64,000 nucleotides of DNA from Candidatus Eiseniibacteriota bacterium (GCA_031370645.1 JANMQV010000152.1:64001-128000), one strand, 5' to 3'; shown: positions 21,005 through 30,165, counted from the stretch's first letter. The notes: generated by a model from the letters alone, not told the origin. Program-made: numbers and translations.

Positions 21005-22330
21005 ATGTTCGAGTTGGTGGATGATGGACAGGAGCAGACCGGAGCCTCGATCAAGGTTATCGGCGTCGGCGGCGCCGGCGGAAACGCGGTCAATCGGATG
21101 ATCGATTCGGGACTGACGGGCGTGGAATTCTTGGCGGCGAATACCGACTCGCAGGTTCTCACGCAGTCGCGATGCCCGCGGAGGCTGCAACTCGGGACGA
21201 CGATCACGCGCGGCCTCGGCTCCGGCGCGAAGCCGGAAGTGGGCCGTCAGGCGGCGGAGGCCGATGAGGCGATGATCGCCGAGTCGCTCGAGGGCGCCGA
21301 CATGGTCTTCGTGACGGCCGGCATGGGTGGCGGCACCGGCACGGGCGCCGCACCGGTTGTGGCGCGCATCGCCCGCTCGCAGGGAGCGCTGACGGTGGCC
21401 GTCGTCACGCGTCCGTTCGAATTCGAGGGACGCCGACGCATGCAGGCGGCGGAGGACGGACTTCAAGAACTCCGGAGTCACGTGGATACGCTCATCGTGA
21501 TCCCGAACCAGCGGTTGCTCACGATCGTCGACAAGAACACGCCGCTCCGCGAGGCGTTCCGCACCGCGGACCAGGTGCTCCATCACGCGACGAAGGGGAT
21601 CTCGGACCTCATCACGGTTCCGGGTCTCGTGAATCTCGACTTCGCCGACGTGAAGACGGTCATGGCCGAACGCGGGAACGCGCTCATGGGCGCGGGAGTC
21701 GCTACCGGCCCGAATCGCGCGTACGAAGCGGCGCAGTCGGCCGTCTCGAGCCCGCTCCTCGACGACATCTCCATCGCCGGCGCCGAGGCGCTGCTCGTGA
21801 ACGTGACGGGCGGAGAGTCGATGAGCCTCCACGAAATCAACGAGGCCGTCTCGGTCGTGGTGGACGCCGCGGGACGCGACGCCAACGTGATCTTCGGCGC
21901 GGTCATCGACGATAGCATGGGCGACGCGATCTCCATCACGGTCATCGCCACCGGCTTCGGGCGCACGGAAGACCGGCGCGTCGCCGACCCGGCGGCGTTC
22001 CAGGGACGTGGGGTCGGGCTCCCCGGTGCCTTCTCCGGGGCCACGGCAGCCGCACACGCGACGTCGCATGCTTCGACGCCGCGCATCATTCCGATGACGC
22101 GGCCGGCGCCCGCGCCGGTCATGGTTCACGCGTCGCTCGACGACGAGGAACTGGCGGGGTTGGACGGTCTCGACGACGAGCCGATCCTTCCCGTCGCGCC
22201 GACCACGAACGGCATGCCGCGTCCGACCTTCAAGATGGCGTCCGGATCGCTTCGGCGCCCCTTCGGCGGCCGCGTGATCTCCAAGGACAACATGGACGTT
22301 CCCGCGTTCATGCGGAAACAGATGGACTGA
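21005..22330 (+). CDS. ftsZ: Cell division protein FtsZ
   Basis: [26 protein letters not shown]-terminal DVPAFMRK. Confidence 0.98.
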   Translation: MFELVDDGQEQTGASIKVIGVGGAGGNAVNRMIDSGLTGVEFLAANTDSQVLTQSRCPRRLQLGTTITRGLGSGAKPEVGRQAAEADEAMIAESLEGADMVFVTAGMGGGTGTGAAPVVARIARSQGALTVAVVTRPFEFEGRRRMQAAEDGLQELRSHVDTLIVIPNQRLLTIVDKNTPLREAFRTADQVLHHATKGISDLITVPGLVNLDFADVKTVMAERGNALMGAGVATGPNRAYEAAQSAVSSPLLDDISIAGAEALLVNVTGGESMSLHEINEAVSVVVDAAGRDANVIFGAVIDDSMGDAISITVIATGFGRTEDRRVADPAAFQGRGVGLPGAFSGATAAAHATSHASTPRIIPMTRPAPAPVMVHASLDDEELAGLDGLDDEPILPVAPTTNGMPRPTFKMASGSLRRPFGGRVISKDNMDVPAFMRKQMD

Positions 22331-22368
22331 GGTTGTTGGTGTACCGGGTGGGGTGGGGTGGTGAAAAC

Positions 22369-22408
22369 GACGGCGCGTCCGGGGCCTAGACGGCCCGGGC
22401 GCGCCGTC
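22369..22408. terminator. Hairpin between convergent ftsZ and rpmB
   Basis: GACGGCGCGTCCGGG / CCCGGGCGCGCCGTC; followed by GTTTTC on the minus strand. Confidence 0.5.
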
Positions 22409-22610
22409 TCTCGCTCTGGGGCATCGCCTTCTGAACGCGACCCGTGCGAAGGCACCGGGTGCAGACGCGAAGACGCTTCGGACGCCCTTCGACAACGGCC
22501 TTCACGGACTGGAGATTGACGTTCCAGCGCCGCTTCGTCACGTTGTGGGCATGGCTCACGTTCTGGCCGTGCATCACGCCCTTTTTGCAGATGTCGCAAG
22601 TCTGAGCCAT
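22386..22610 (-). CDS. rpmB: 50S ribosomal protein L28, Zn-binding type
   Basis: MAQTCDICKKG...VSHAHNVTKRRW...VCTRCLR; GGAGG RBS. Confidence 0.95.
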   Translation of the reverse strand: MAQTCDICKKGVMHGQNVSHAHNVTKRRWNVNLQSVKAVVEGRPKRLRVCTRCLRTGRVQKAMPQSERRRARAV

Positions 22611-22684
22611 GAATTCCTCCGATGAATACGTCGAGCCGAAGACACTACCCGATTCCGGGGAGCCGGGCAAGGGGCTTCTCGGCT

Positions 22685-22713
22685 TTGACTTGAGGCCCCC
22701 GCCTCCCTAGCAT
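22685..22713 (+). promoter_or_regulatory. Sigma70 promoter, probably leaderless recG
   Basis: TTGACT-N17-TAGCAT, then 6 nt to the ATG at 22720; no RBS. Confidence 0.65.
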
Positions 22714-22719
22714 CCCCCG

Positions 22720-24789
22720 ATGCCCGCCCTCCTCGACCCCGTCCGCTTCCTGAAAGGCGTCGGCCCCGAAATGGCCCGGCGGCTGGAGCGGCTCGGAATC
22801 GCCACCGTCCGCGATCTCCTCTATCACCTTCCCTCCGGATACCGCGATCGGCGCCTCGTGACCCCCATCGCGCGCGTCCAACCGGGGGTGGAGGCGACGG
22901 TAAAGGCCGTGGTTTCGAGTCTGGAACCGCGCCGCCGCCAAGGAGGTCGCTCCGACTTCGTCGCGTCACTCCGCGACGAGACCGGATTCCTGCGCGCCGT
23001 TTGGTTCAACCAGTCGTACGTCGCCGACAGACTCCACGTGGGGGAGCGCTACCTCTTTTCGGGGACGGTGCAGGTCTTTCGCGGGCCCGAACTCCACAAC
23101 CCCGAGTTCGAGCCGGCCGAAGGAGGCGATAAGGTCCACGTCGCGCGCCTGGTACCGCGCTATCCGCTCACCGAGGGGGTCGGCGAGCGATGGATTCGAA
23201 CACGGATTCGGGACGCGCTCGACACCCTTCCCGAAGTCCCCGACGTCGTGCCCGAACGCTGGAGGCGAGACCTCGGCCTGCCCTCGCTCGACCGTGCCAT
23301 TCGCGGGATTCACTTCCCGGAAACGCCGGAAGAGCTGGAGCCCGCCCGCCGCCGCCTCGCGCTCGAGGAACTGCTGTGGCTTCAAGTCGCGCTTCAGTAC
23401 GCGCGCCGTCGACATCGCGATCGGGTTCTGGCGCCTTCGCTCGCCGCGGGCGCCGAAGCGATGCGCGCGTTCGTCCGGTCGCTCCCCTTTCGGCTGACGG
23501 GCGCGCAGATCCGCTCCCTCACGGCGATCGCGGGGGACCTCGACGAGACGAAGCCGATGCGACGGCTTCTCCTCGGCGACGTCGGCTCGGGGAAGACCGT
23601 CGTCGCGCTCGCGGCCGCGGTACGCGCCGCCGCCGCGGGTCGTCAAACGGCGTTTCTCGCGCCGACATCCATCCTGGCGGAGCAGCACGCCGTGACCGCG
23701 TCGCGATTCCTCGACTCGGCCGGCGTGACCTTCGCGCTCCTCACCTCGGCCACGCCGGACAAAGAGCGAGCGCGCCTCCTCGCCGCCGTCGCGTCGGGAG
23801 AGACGTCGCTCCTCCTCGGCACTCACGCTCTCCTCGAACGCGATCTCGAGTTTCACGCGCTCGGGGTCGTGATCGTGGATGAGCAGCACCGCTTCGGCGT
23901 TCGCCAGCGCGTGGCGCTCGCGCAGCGCGGCGCCGAAGGGTTGGGGCCGCACCTTCTCGTTCTCACCGCGACGCCGATTCCCCGAAGCCTCGCCATGACG
24001 CTCTACGGCGACCTCGATCTCTCGCCCCTCGACGAGAAACCGCCCGGGCGAACCCCCGTCGCCACGTCGATCGCGAGCGGTGTCGCGCGCGACGTCCTGC
24101 CGCGCCTGCTCCGAGAAGAACTCGATGCCGGCGGGAGCGCGTTCGTCGTCTATCCGGTGGTCGAGGAGAGCGAGAAGTCGGATCTCAAGGCGGCCACCGA
24201 GATGGCGGCGTCGCTCGCGGCGCGCGCCGAGCTTGTCGACGCGGGCGTGACTCTCGTGCACGGGCGGCTGAAGCCCGAGGAGCGGCGTGCCGCGATCGCG
24301 CGCTTTCGTTCGGGGGAGTCGCGCGTGCTCGTCGCGACCACCGTCGTCGAAGTGGGACTCGATATTCCCGACGCCACGCTCGTCGTCATCGAGCATCCGG
24401 AACGATTCGGGCTCGCGCAGCTTCATCAACTCCGCGGCCGCGTCGGACGGGGCGACCGCCCGGGACGTTGTATCCTTCTCCTGAGCGGCGGTCTGGGGGA
24501 GTCGGCTCGGCAGCGCCTCGACGTCTTTCGCCGGATCACCGACGGATTCAAACTCGCCGAGGAAGACCTCCGGCTCCGGGGCCCCGGCGAGATCCTCGGT
24601 ACCTCCCAGCACGGTTTCCCCGAGCTGCGAGCCGCCAACCCTCTGCAAGATAGCGATTTAGTGGAGGCAGCCCGAACGATCGGCGCGGAACTCCTGGCGG
24701 AGCGGGCCGAAACGGAGGGGAGCGATGGGCTTCGGGCCTGGATCGAAGCCCACTTCGCGGGGGCTGAACGCTACCTCGGAAGTGGATAA
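22720..24789 (+). CDS. recG: ATP-dependent DNA helicase RecG
   Basis: GDVGSGKT, DEQHRFG, TATPIPR, QLHQLRGRVGR. Confidence 0.97.
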   Translation: MPALLDPVRFLKGVGPEMARRLERLGIATVRDLLYHLPSGYRDRRLVTPIARVQPGVEATVKAVVSSLEPRRRQGGRSDFVASLRDETGFLRAVWFNQSYVADRLHVGERYLFSGTVQVFRGPELHNPEFEPAEGGDKVHVARLVPRYPLTEGVGERWIRTRIRDALDTLPEVPDVVPERWRRDLGLPSLDRAIRGIHFPETPEELEPARRRLALEELLWLQVALQYARRRHRDRVLAPSLAAGAEAMRAFVRSLPFRLTGAQIRSLTAIAGDLDETKPMRRLLLGDVGSGKTVVALAAAVRAAAAGRQTAFLAPTSILAEQHAVTASRFLDSAGVTFALLTSATPDKERARLLAAVASGETSLLLGTHALLERDLEFHALGVVIVDEQHRFGVRQRVALAQRGAEGLGPHLLVLTATPIPRSLAMTLYGDLDLSPLDEKPPGRTPVATSIASGVARDVLPRLLREELDAGGSAFVVYPVVEESEKSDLKAATEMAASLAARAELVDAGVTLVHGRLKPEERRAAIARFRSGESRVLVATTVVEVGLDIPDATLVVIEHPERFGLAQLHQLRGRVGRGDRPGRCILLLSGGLGESARQRLDVFRRITDGFKLAEEDLRLRGPGEILGTSQHGFPELRAANPLQDSDLVEAARTIGAELLAERAETEGSDGLRAWIEAHFAGAERYLGSG

Positions 24790-24825
24790 CAGGGCGGAGT
24801 CCAGAAGCGCTCCGCGGCCGAAAGA

Positions 24826-24852
24826 TAAAGAAGGGTGTGAAGTTGCCGATGC
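24826..24852 (+). promoter_or_regulatory. Sigma28 (FliA/SigD)-type promoter
   Basis: TAAA-N15-GCCGATGC versus consensus TAAA-N15-GCCGATAA; 47 nt before the ATG at 24900. Confidence 0.65.
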
Positions 24853-24899
24853 ATGGTCCACACGATGGAATTCCGTTCCGGCACCAGGTGCGAGGACAC

Positions 24900-25634
24900 A
24901 TGAAGCTCGACTGCGCGAGCTGTAGCGCGCGCTATTCGATCGACGAGAGCATCGTTCCGCCGCAAGGGGCGAAGATCAAGTGCCGGAAGTGCGGTGCCGT
25001 GATCTCGATCCCGCCGCGCGTGGAGCCCGCGCCCGTTGTCACGACGCTCGTTCCGCCGTCGCCGCAGCACGCGCCGTCGCCGCAGCACGCGCCGTCGCCG
25101 GTCGCTGCACCGTCGTCCGTCCCTTCAAACAGCGCGACCGCGCCGACTCCCGCGCCGGCCGCTTCAGGATTCAGTTTCTTCTCGAGCAGCGATGCGCCCG
25201 CAGCCCCTCCGCAGGCTTCTGCCGCGCCGCCTGCGCGCGCCGTGGCGCCGTCGCCCGTCGCGCCTTCCCCTCCGCCTCCGCCTCGGCCCGCAGCGCCTCC
25301 CTCGCCTCCCTCGCCCCCGCAGGCCGTTTCCCTCGAGAATGTGCCGCCCGCCGTGGCCGCATCGATTCCCGCAGGGCTCTCGGAGGAGGAGAAGAAGAAG
25401 CACGAGAAGGCGCGCCGCCTCGCTCGCGTGCTCGCCTCCGACATCGCGATCTACAATCGCGAGAAGAAGGAGCGCGGACTGAACGACGGGAACTTGGTCG
25501 CCGTGCTCGGATACGAGATCAAGAAGTCGTGGGAGATCTACAAGGAGCGGGTGGGAACCGATTTTGCGAACGCCACGCCCTACTTCCGCGACGCGCTGAA
25601 CGACCTTCTCGCCGAGGGAAAGAAGATCTTCTAG
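24900..25634 (+). CDS. MJ0042-type zinc-ribbon protein with Pro/Ala linker and helical C-terminal domain
   Basis: CASCSARYSID...KIKCRKC; long Pro-rich linker; KARRLARVLASDIAIYN...YFRDALNDLLA. Confidence 0.8.
   Translation: MKLDCASCSARYSIDESIVPPQGAKIKCRKCGAVISIPPRVEPAPVVTTLVPPSPQHAPSPQHAPSPVAAPSSVPSNSATAPTPAPAASGFSFFSSSDAPAAPPQASAAPPARAVAPSPVAPSPPPPPRPAAPPSPPSPPQAVSLENVPPAVAASIPAGLSEEEKKKHEKARRLARVLASDIAIYNREKKERGLNDGNLVAVLGYEIKKSWEIYKERVGTDFANATPYFRDALNDLLAEGKKIF
25056..25100 (+). repeat. 18-bp in-frame tandem repeat (2.5 copies)
   Basis: CCGTCGCCGCAGCACGCG twice plus a partial copy; encodes PSPQHA repeats. Confidence 0.85.
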
Positions 25635-26926
25635 TCGTTCTGAGTCCCGCCGGCCCCGCCGCGCGAGTCCGCCGCCGCATCACGCTCCGTCCATCGAGCC
25701 CGAAAACCCACGATCCCCGTGAGCGCGAGAAGCGCGCCCGCCGCGAGCACCGCCGTGCGCGGCGGGAGTCCGCGCGCGACCAACGCGCCGGCCGCGCCCG
25801 CGGTCACGAGCACGGCGAGGCGCGCGGCCATATCCCGGAGCGCGAAGACGCGACCGCGTGCCTCCACCGCGATCGCCTCTTGAAGCGCCGTCTCCGCCGT
25901 GACGAGGAGGATGGAGACGAAGAGTCCCGCGCCGAACGCGACGCCGGTCGCGGCGATGCCGTTCGGCACGAACGCGAACGCCGCAAGCGAGGCTCCGGTG
26001 CCGAGAAGTCCCGCCGAGAGCCGCACTCCGGGTGATGCGACCGCTCCCTTTGCGGCGATGCCGAGCGTTCCGAGAATCATCCCGACGGCCGCGGCCGCGA
26101 TGAGCGATCCGACCCCACTCGCCACGCGCCCCGTCTGACCGACGAGAATCGGCACCGTCACGTGGAGCACGCCGCCCGCCATCCAGAGGAGCATCACGGT
26201 GAGCGTGACCATCCAGGCCCGCGGTGTCCGAAGGAGGATCGAGAAGCCCTCGCGGATTTCGGCCGCGAGCTTCCGATAGCGGACGGCTGCGGTATCGCCG
26301 GCGCGCGCCGCCGCGGCAACCGACGCCGACGCGCGAGGCGCCATCCGAATGCGCCAGAGCGCGAGCACCGAGACAAAATAAGTCGCCGCGTCGAGCGCGA
26401 AGCCCCACGCCCAGCCGAATCGATCAATCAGCGCGCCCCCGGCAAGGGAGCCGGCGATCGTCGCGGCCACGCCGGCGAAGGTGGCGAGCGAGTTCGCCTC
26501 CGTCAGTTGTTCCGCCGGAACGAGGAGTGGGACGATGGCCGAACGCGCGGGGAGAAAGAACGTATTGGCCACGTAGAGCGCGAAGACGAGCGCGAAAAGC
26601 GCCGGCAACCCGCCGTAGATCGTAGCCGGGATCATGGCGAGGACCGCGACCCCGCGCGCGAGGTCCGAGGCGATGAGCACACGGCGCGTGTCGGAGCGGT
26701 CGACGACGGCGCCGATCCACGGTCCGAAGAGAATCGCCGGGAGAAAGCTCGCGAGCGGGAGGAGCGCGAGTTCGGCGGCGGGGTTTCCCGGGTCGCGCGC
26801 GCGCGCCACCACGACGGCGAGGAGCGCGAGGTAGGTGAAGCGGTCTCCGAAGATGGAGACGAACTGCCCGATCCAGAGCGAAAGGTAGTTTCGGTCGCGG
26901 GCGAGCGCGCGGACGGCGTTCGCCAT
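25631..26926 (-). CDS. MFS transporter
   Basis: LWIGQFVSIFGD, GAVVDRSDTRRVL (motif A), about 12 hydrophobic segments. Confidence 0.9.
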   Translation of the reverse strand: MANAVRALARDRNYLSLWIGQFVSIFGDRFTYLALLAVVVARARDPGNPAAELALLPLASFLPAILFGPWIGAVVDRSDTRRVLIASDLARGVAVLAMIPATIYGGLPALFALVFALYVANTFFLPARSAIVPLLVPAEQLTEANSLATFAGVAATIAGSLAGGALIDRFGWAWGFALDAATYFVSVLALWRIRMAPRASASVAAAARAGDTAAVRYRKLAAEIREGFSILLRTPRAWMVTLTVMLLWMAGGVLHVTVPILVGQTGRVASGVGSLIAAAAVGMILGTLGIAAKGAVASPGVRLSAGLLGTGASLAAFAFVPNGIAATGVAFGAGLFVSILLVTAETALQEAIAVEARGRVFALRDMAARLAVLVTAGAAGALVARGLPPRTAVLAAGALLALTGIVGFRARWTERDAAADSRGGAGGTQND

Positions 26927-28155
26927 CAGGCGCTGATCGTCTCGAGCGGCGGCGCGGGCTCCGTCAAGCGTTCGGTCACGCGTTCGCCCGGGCGCGCGAC
27001 GGAACGATAGATCTCTTCCAGCCGCGCGGCGATCGAATCCCACCCGTAGCGCGAGGCGTTCGCGAGACCGTTTCGGCCGAGCCGTTTCCGCTCGCCGGCG
27101 TCGGCGAGAAGTGTTCGAAGCGCGGCGGCGAGCGCCTCCACCTCGCGGCGCGGGACCAGGAGGCCGTCCGAGCCGTCCGTGACCACGCAGCGATGGCCCG
27201 GAAGGTCGGTCGCCACGACCGGGACGCCGAGCGCCATCGCCTCGAGCAACACCATGCCGAACGATTCTCCACCGCGCGCCGGGGAGCAGAAGATGTCGGC
27301 GGAGGCGTAGTAGGTCGGGAGGTGGTCGTGCCCGACCCGCCCTTCGAAATGAACGCGGCCGAGGAGCGCGCCGCCGGCCAGGCGCTCGGCCTCGGCGCGG
27401 AGCCGCCCGTCGCCCACGAGAATGAGGCGAAACGGAACTCCCTCGCTTGCCAAGCGCGCCGAAGCGAGAAGGAGTTCGGGAAGGCCCTTCCGCGGATCGA
27501 ACCGGCCGACGAAGAGAATGTTGGGGACGCCGTCGTCGAACCGGTCGAGCCGCGGCGTTCCCGGCGCGAAGCGATCGAGATCGACACCGTTCGGCAAGAT
27601 TTCGATCGGGACGTCGAACTGGCGCGCCGTGTACTCGCGCGCGGCTTCCGACACCGCGATCGCGCGATCGAGTCGCTCCACGTAGCCACGGAGCGCGCCG
27701 CGGAAGAGGCGGATCAATCGGTCGGAGTCGGAGGCCGTGTGAAACGTGCCGACGAGCGGAATCTTCGCGGACGACGCGATCTCGATGGCGAGAAGGGGAA
27801 GCACGGGGGAGATGGGGCAGTGGACGTGCACGACGTCGAACGCGCCGCGCCCGCCGGGGGCCAAGAGGGCGGAGAGTTGGCGGCGAAGAGCCCAGCCGAA
27901 GGTGATGTTGTTCTCGGCGCCGTTGAAGGGAATGATGAAATTCCGGCCGAGCCGCACCACGGTCGCGCCGTCTCGAATCCCCGCGCCGTCTCCGCGCAAC
28001 CGGTCGTCGTCGCCGTCGTCGCCGAAGTCCGACGTCACGATCGTGACGTGATGTCCCCGGGCGTGAAGCGCGCGCGCGGTGCCCGCCACGTGCTCGGTGA
28101 CGCCGCCGACGGCTGGGTGATAGGCCTGGGAGACGATGGCGACTCTAAGCGGCAT
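26926..28155 (-). CDS. GT4 glycosyltransferase, PimA-like
   Basis: GGVTEHV, PFNG, VGTFH, PRKG, GESFGMVLLEAMA. Confidence 0.8.
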   Translation of the reverse strand: MPLRVAIVSQAYHPAVGGVTEHVAGTARALHARGHHVTIVTSDFGDDGDDDRLRGDGAGIRDGATVVRLGRNFIIPFNGAENNITFGWALRRQLSALLAPGGRGAFDVVHVHCPISPVLPLLAIEIASSAKIPLVGTFHTASDSDRLIRLFRGALRGYVERLDRAIAVSEAAREYTARQFDVPIEILPNGVDLDRFAPGTPRLDRFDDGVPNILFVGRFDPRKGLPELLLASARLASEGVPFRLILVGDGRLRAEAERLAGGALLGRVHFEGRVGHDHLPTYYASADIFCSPARGGESFGMVLLEAMALGVPVVATDLPGHRCVVTDGSDGLLVPRREVEALAAALRTLLADAGERKRLGRNGLANASRYGWDSIAARLEEIYRSVARPGERVTERLTEPAPPLETISA

Positions 28156-29101
28156 GCGTCTCAGCCGGCACCACCGCCGCCTCGGAATCGCCGCCGCTCC
28201 CGACGAGCGGGCGGAAGATGCACCACTGTGTCACGTGCGCGGCCACCGCGCGCTCGAGCGCCCGTACCACCCCTTCCGTCATCCGCGATACGTCCTCGGC
28301 GACGCGGCGTGTGAAGTCGGGGCGATCGATCGACTCGAACACGATTCGTTCGCCGCCGTCGGGCTCTCGAACGGTGTACGCGTGGACGATCGGAACTCCC
28401 GCGCGCCGCGCGAGGAGTGCCGGGCCGACGGGGAATTCGGCGAGCGCGCCGAAGAAGCGATGCGATTCACCCCGCGTGTAGACGTCGCCGTCCGCGAGGA
28501 GAATGACGAGTCCGCCGCTTCGAAGCGTTCGAAGGAGCGGGAGAGTACCGTCGTCCTGCGTGCTGACCTCGATCCGATCGGCCTCCTTCGCGGCGCGAAC
28601 GGCATCCGACACGGCGGCGTGGAATTGGACCCCCGTGACGACATGGATCCGAAATCCGAGCCGGGCCATCGTGAGGCCGGCCAGTTCCCAATTGCCGAGA
28701 TGCGGAATTGTGAGGACCGCGCCCCGTCCCCCGGCGAGCGCCCGATAGAATCGCTCCGTGCCGGTGAACCGGGGAGCGGGCGGCGCGGCGCTCCTGCCGC
28801 GGCTCGCGAGGTAATCGAGGCAGCCCCTGTGATACGAGCGGAAGATGGCGTGGCGCGCTTCGCGGCGCTTTGCCTCCGTGGCGAGATCGGGATGCCCCCA
28901 CGCGGCGATGGCGGCGAGGTTTTGTCGGAGCCCGTCGCGTCGATCCGGGGAAAATGCCTCGTCGAGCGCGGCGAAGAGCGATGCGACGAGACGGCGCGCG
29001 GGAGCCGGCAGCGACGCGGAGATGCGGACGGCGAGATCGAGAATCAGGGTTGAACGGGTCGAGGGCGGCGAAAGCGTGGGAAGGGCGATCGTGGGTGGCA
29101 C
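28145..29101 (-). CDS. LpxL/PatA-family lipid acyltransferase
   Basis: PHLGNWE, LADGD, FFG...FPVGPA, QWCIF. Confidence 0.8.
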   Translation of the reverse strand: MPPTIALPTLSPPSTRSTLILDLAVRISASLPAPARRLVASLFAALDEAFSPDRRDGLRQNLAAIAAWGHPDLATEAKRREARHAIFRSYHRGCLDYLASRGRSAAPPAPRFTGTERFYRALAGGRGAVLTIPHLGNWELAGLTMARLGFRIHVVTGVQFHAAVSDAVRAAKEADRIEVSTQDDGTLPLLRTLRSGGLVILLADGDVYTRGESHRFFGALAEFPVGPALLARRAGVPIVHAYTVREPDGGERIVFESIDRPDFTRRVAEDVSRMTEGVVRALERAVAAHVTQWCIFRPLVGSGGDSEAAVVPAETHAA

Positions 29102-29108
29102 CGCCCCG

Positions 29109-29138
29109 ACGCTACGAGATGCTCCGCGCCGGTGTCAA
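29109..29138 (-). promoter_or_regulatory. Sigma70 promoter, probably leaderless acyltransferase operon
   Basis: Minus-strand TTGACA-N18-TAGCGT, then 7 nt to the GTG at 29101. Confidence 0.55.
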
Positions 29139-29170
29139 GGCGACGGCGGGAGCGGCCCGCGGCGTCGGCG

Positions 29171-29200
29171 TTGACTTGACGCGACGCTGGCCCCTAGAGT
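29171..29200 (+). promoter_or_regulatory. Candidate sigma70 promoter
   Basis: TTGACT-N18-TAGAGT, back-to-back with the acyltransferase promoter. Confidence 0.45.
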
Positions 29201-29207
29201 GGGCGCG

Positions 29208-29441
29208 TTATTTCACCCAGCGCGAGGCGTCATCCGGCCCACGGTCTTCCGAGGGTCGGGCGTCGGTTCCGCCGATCTCGAAGAGGGCGTCGGCGGTTTC
29301 CATCCCTTGCACGCACGGGCACGCGTTCCCGCCGGCGGCGTAGGGACAGACGTCGTAGACGCGATTGTCGCGCCGGCAATAGATTTCCGTCGAGGACTGT
29401 CGTGCGCGGCGCGGTTGACGCGGCGTCGTGTCTCGGCTCAT
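29208..29441 (-). CDS. Small Cys-rich hypothetical protein (77 aa)
   Basis: GGGAG RBS 7 nt before the ATG; GC-rich third codon positions; YCRRDNRVYDVCPYAAGGNACPCV; upstream sigma54 motif. Confidence 0.6.
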   Translation of the reverse strand: MSRDTTPRQPRRARQSSTEIYCRRDNRVYDVCPYAAGGNACPCVQGMETADALFEIGGTDARPSEDRGPDDASRWVK

Positions 29442-29528
29442 CGGCGATCTCCCGGCCCGCGAGGGCCTCCGGGTCCGTTCGGAGCGGGCGCCATCGCGGC
29501 GCACACTCCGAGCTCGTTTCCCAGGGGC

Positions 29529-29544
29529 TGCATGACGCGTGCCA
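29529..29544 (-). promoter_or_regulatory. Sigma54 -24/-12 promoter
   Basis: Minus-strand TGGCAC-GCGTC-ATGCA, with exact GG-N10-GC spacing. Confidence 0.65.
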
Positions 29545-29581
29545 CGGAAGCGCCCGAGAAGAAAGGGAGGATTCCAGGCTC

Positions 29582-29995
29582 ATGGCGACCCAGAAACTGG
29601 TCCGTTGCGAAATCCGCAGACCCGGGAGCGAGGAGCCGTCCGTTCGCTTCGTGCCGCTGGAAATCTACGGACTATGGGAACACCTGATGCGGACCAAGCA
29701 TCAGTTCGAAGTCTCCTCCAACATCTCTTCGCTCTGGATCGACGTGGACGAGAATCCCGATGCGGCCTATGGAGAAAACAAGTACGAGCGCGTCACCGAA
29801 GTGACCCTGCTCCGCTATTCCGCGCGAGACGGGATGTTTGACCGGGTGAATCGCTACTTCCCGACCGAAGAGTATCCACTACTCAAGAATCTGCTCCTGA
29901 AGCACTACGAAACTGTCCGAGAGCCGGGCGATCCGAGCCTCCAGGTGCGCGAACGCCAGGGGATCTGGATCCGCCGGGAAACCCGCGCCGCATAA
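29582..29995 (+). CDS. Hypothetical protein (137 aa) with internal duplication
   Basis: AAAGGGAGG RBS; globular composition; no family recognised. Confidence 0.8.
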   Translation: MATQKLVRCEIRRPGSEEPSVRFVPLEIYGLWEHLMRTKHQFEVSSNISSLWIDVDENPDAAYGENKYERVTEVTLLRYSARDGMFDRVNRYFPTEEYPLLKNLLLKHYETVREPGDPSLQVRERQGIWIRRETRAA

Positions 29996-29996
29996 C

Positions 29997-30029
29997 GCAT
30001 TTCGCGAAATGCCGTGCGCCCTGCACGGC
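29997..30029. promoter_or_regulatory. Tandem inverted repeats, candidate enhancer (UAS) or terminator
   Basis: Perfect 16-bp palindrome GCATTTCGCGAAATGC (29997-30012), then GCCGTGC-N5-GCACGGC (30011-30029). Confidence 0.45.
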
Positions 30030-30149
30030 GATTCGGCGGGCCCTCGGCGATGGTGGCCGCGCCCGTGGTTTCTCTAGGCTAATGCCTTCTCGTTTCAGCC
30101 CTTAGCCTTCCGCTCCCAGCCCCTCGCAAGAAGCGGCCGCACCCATCGC

Positions 30150-30165
30150 TGGCACACATCGTGCT
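30150..30165 (+). promoter_or_regulatory. Sigma54 -24/-12 promoter of mglA
   Basis: TGGCAC-ACATC-GTGCT, GG-N10-GC spacing, about 100 nt upstream of mglA. Confidence 0.6.

Noticed and set aside
22331-22363. G/T-rich run after ftsZ as a G-quadruplex or MraZ site
   Set aside because: Only three runs of 3 or more G, with a 5-bp period; no supporting context.
29205-29400. Structured ncRNA or riboswitch on the plus strand
   Set aside because: No recognisable RNA family; the minus-strand coding signal explains the region better.
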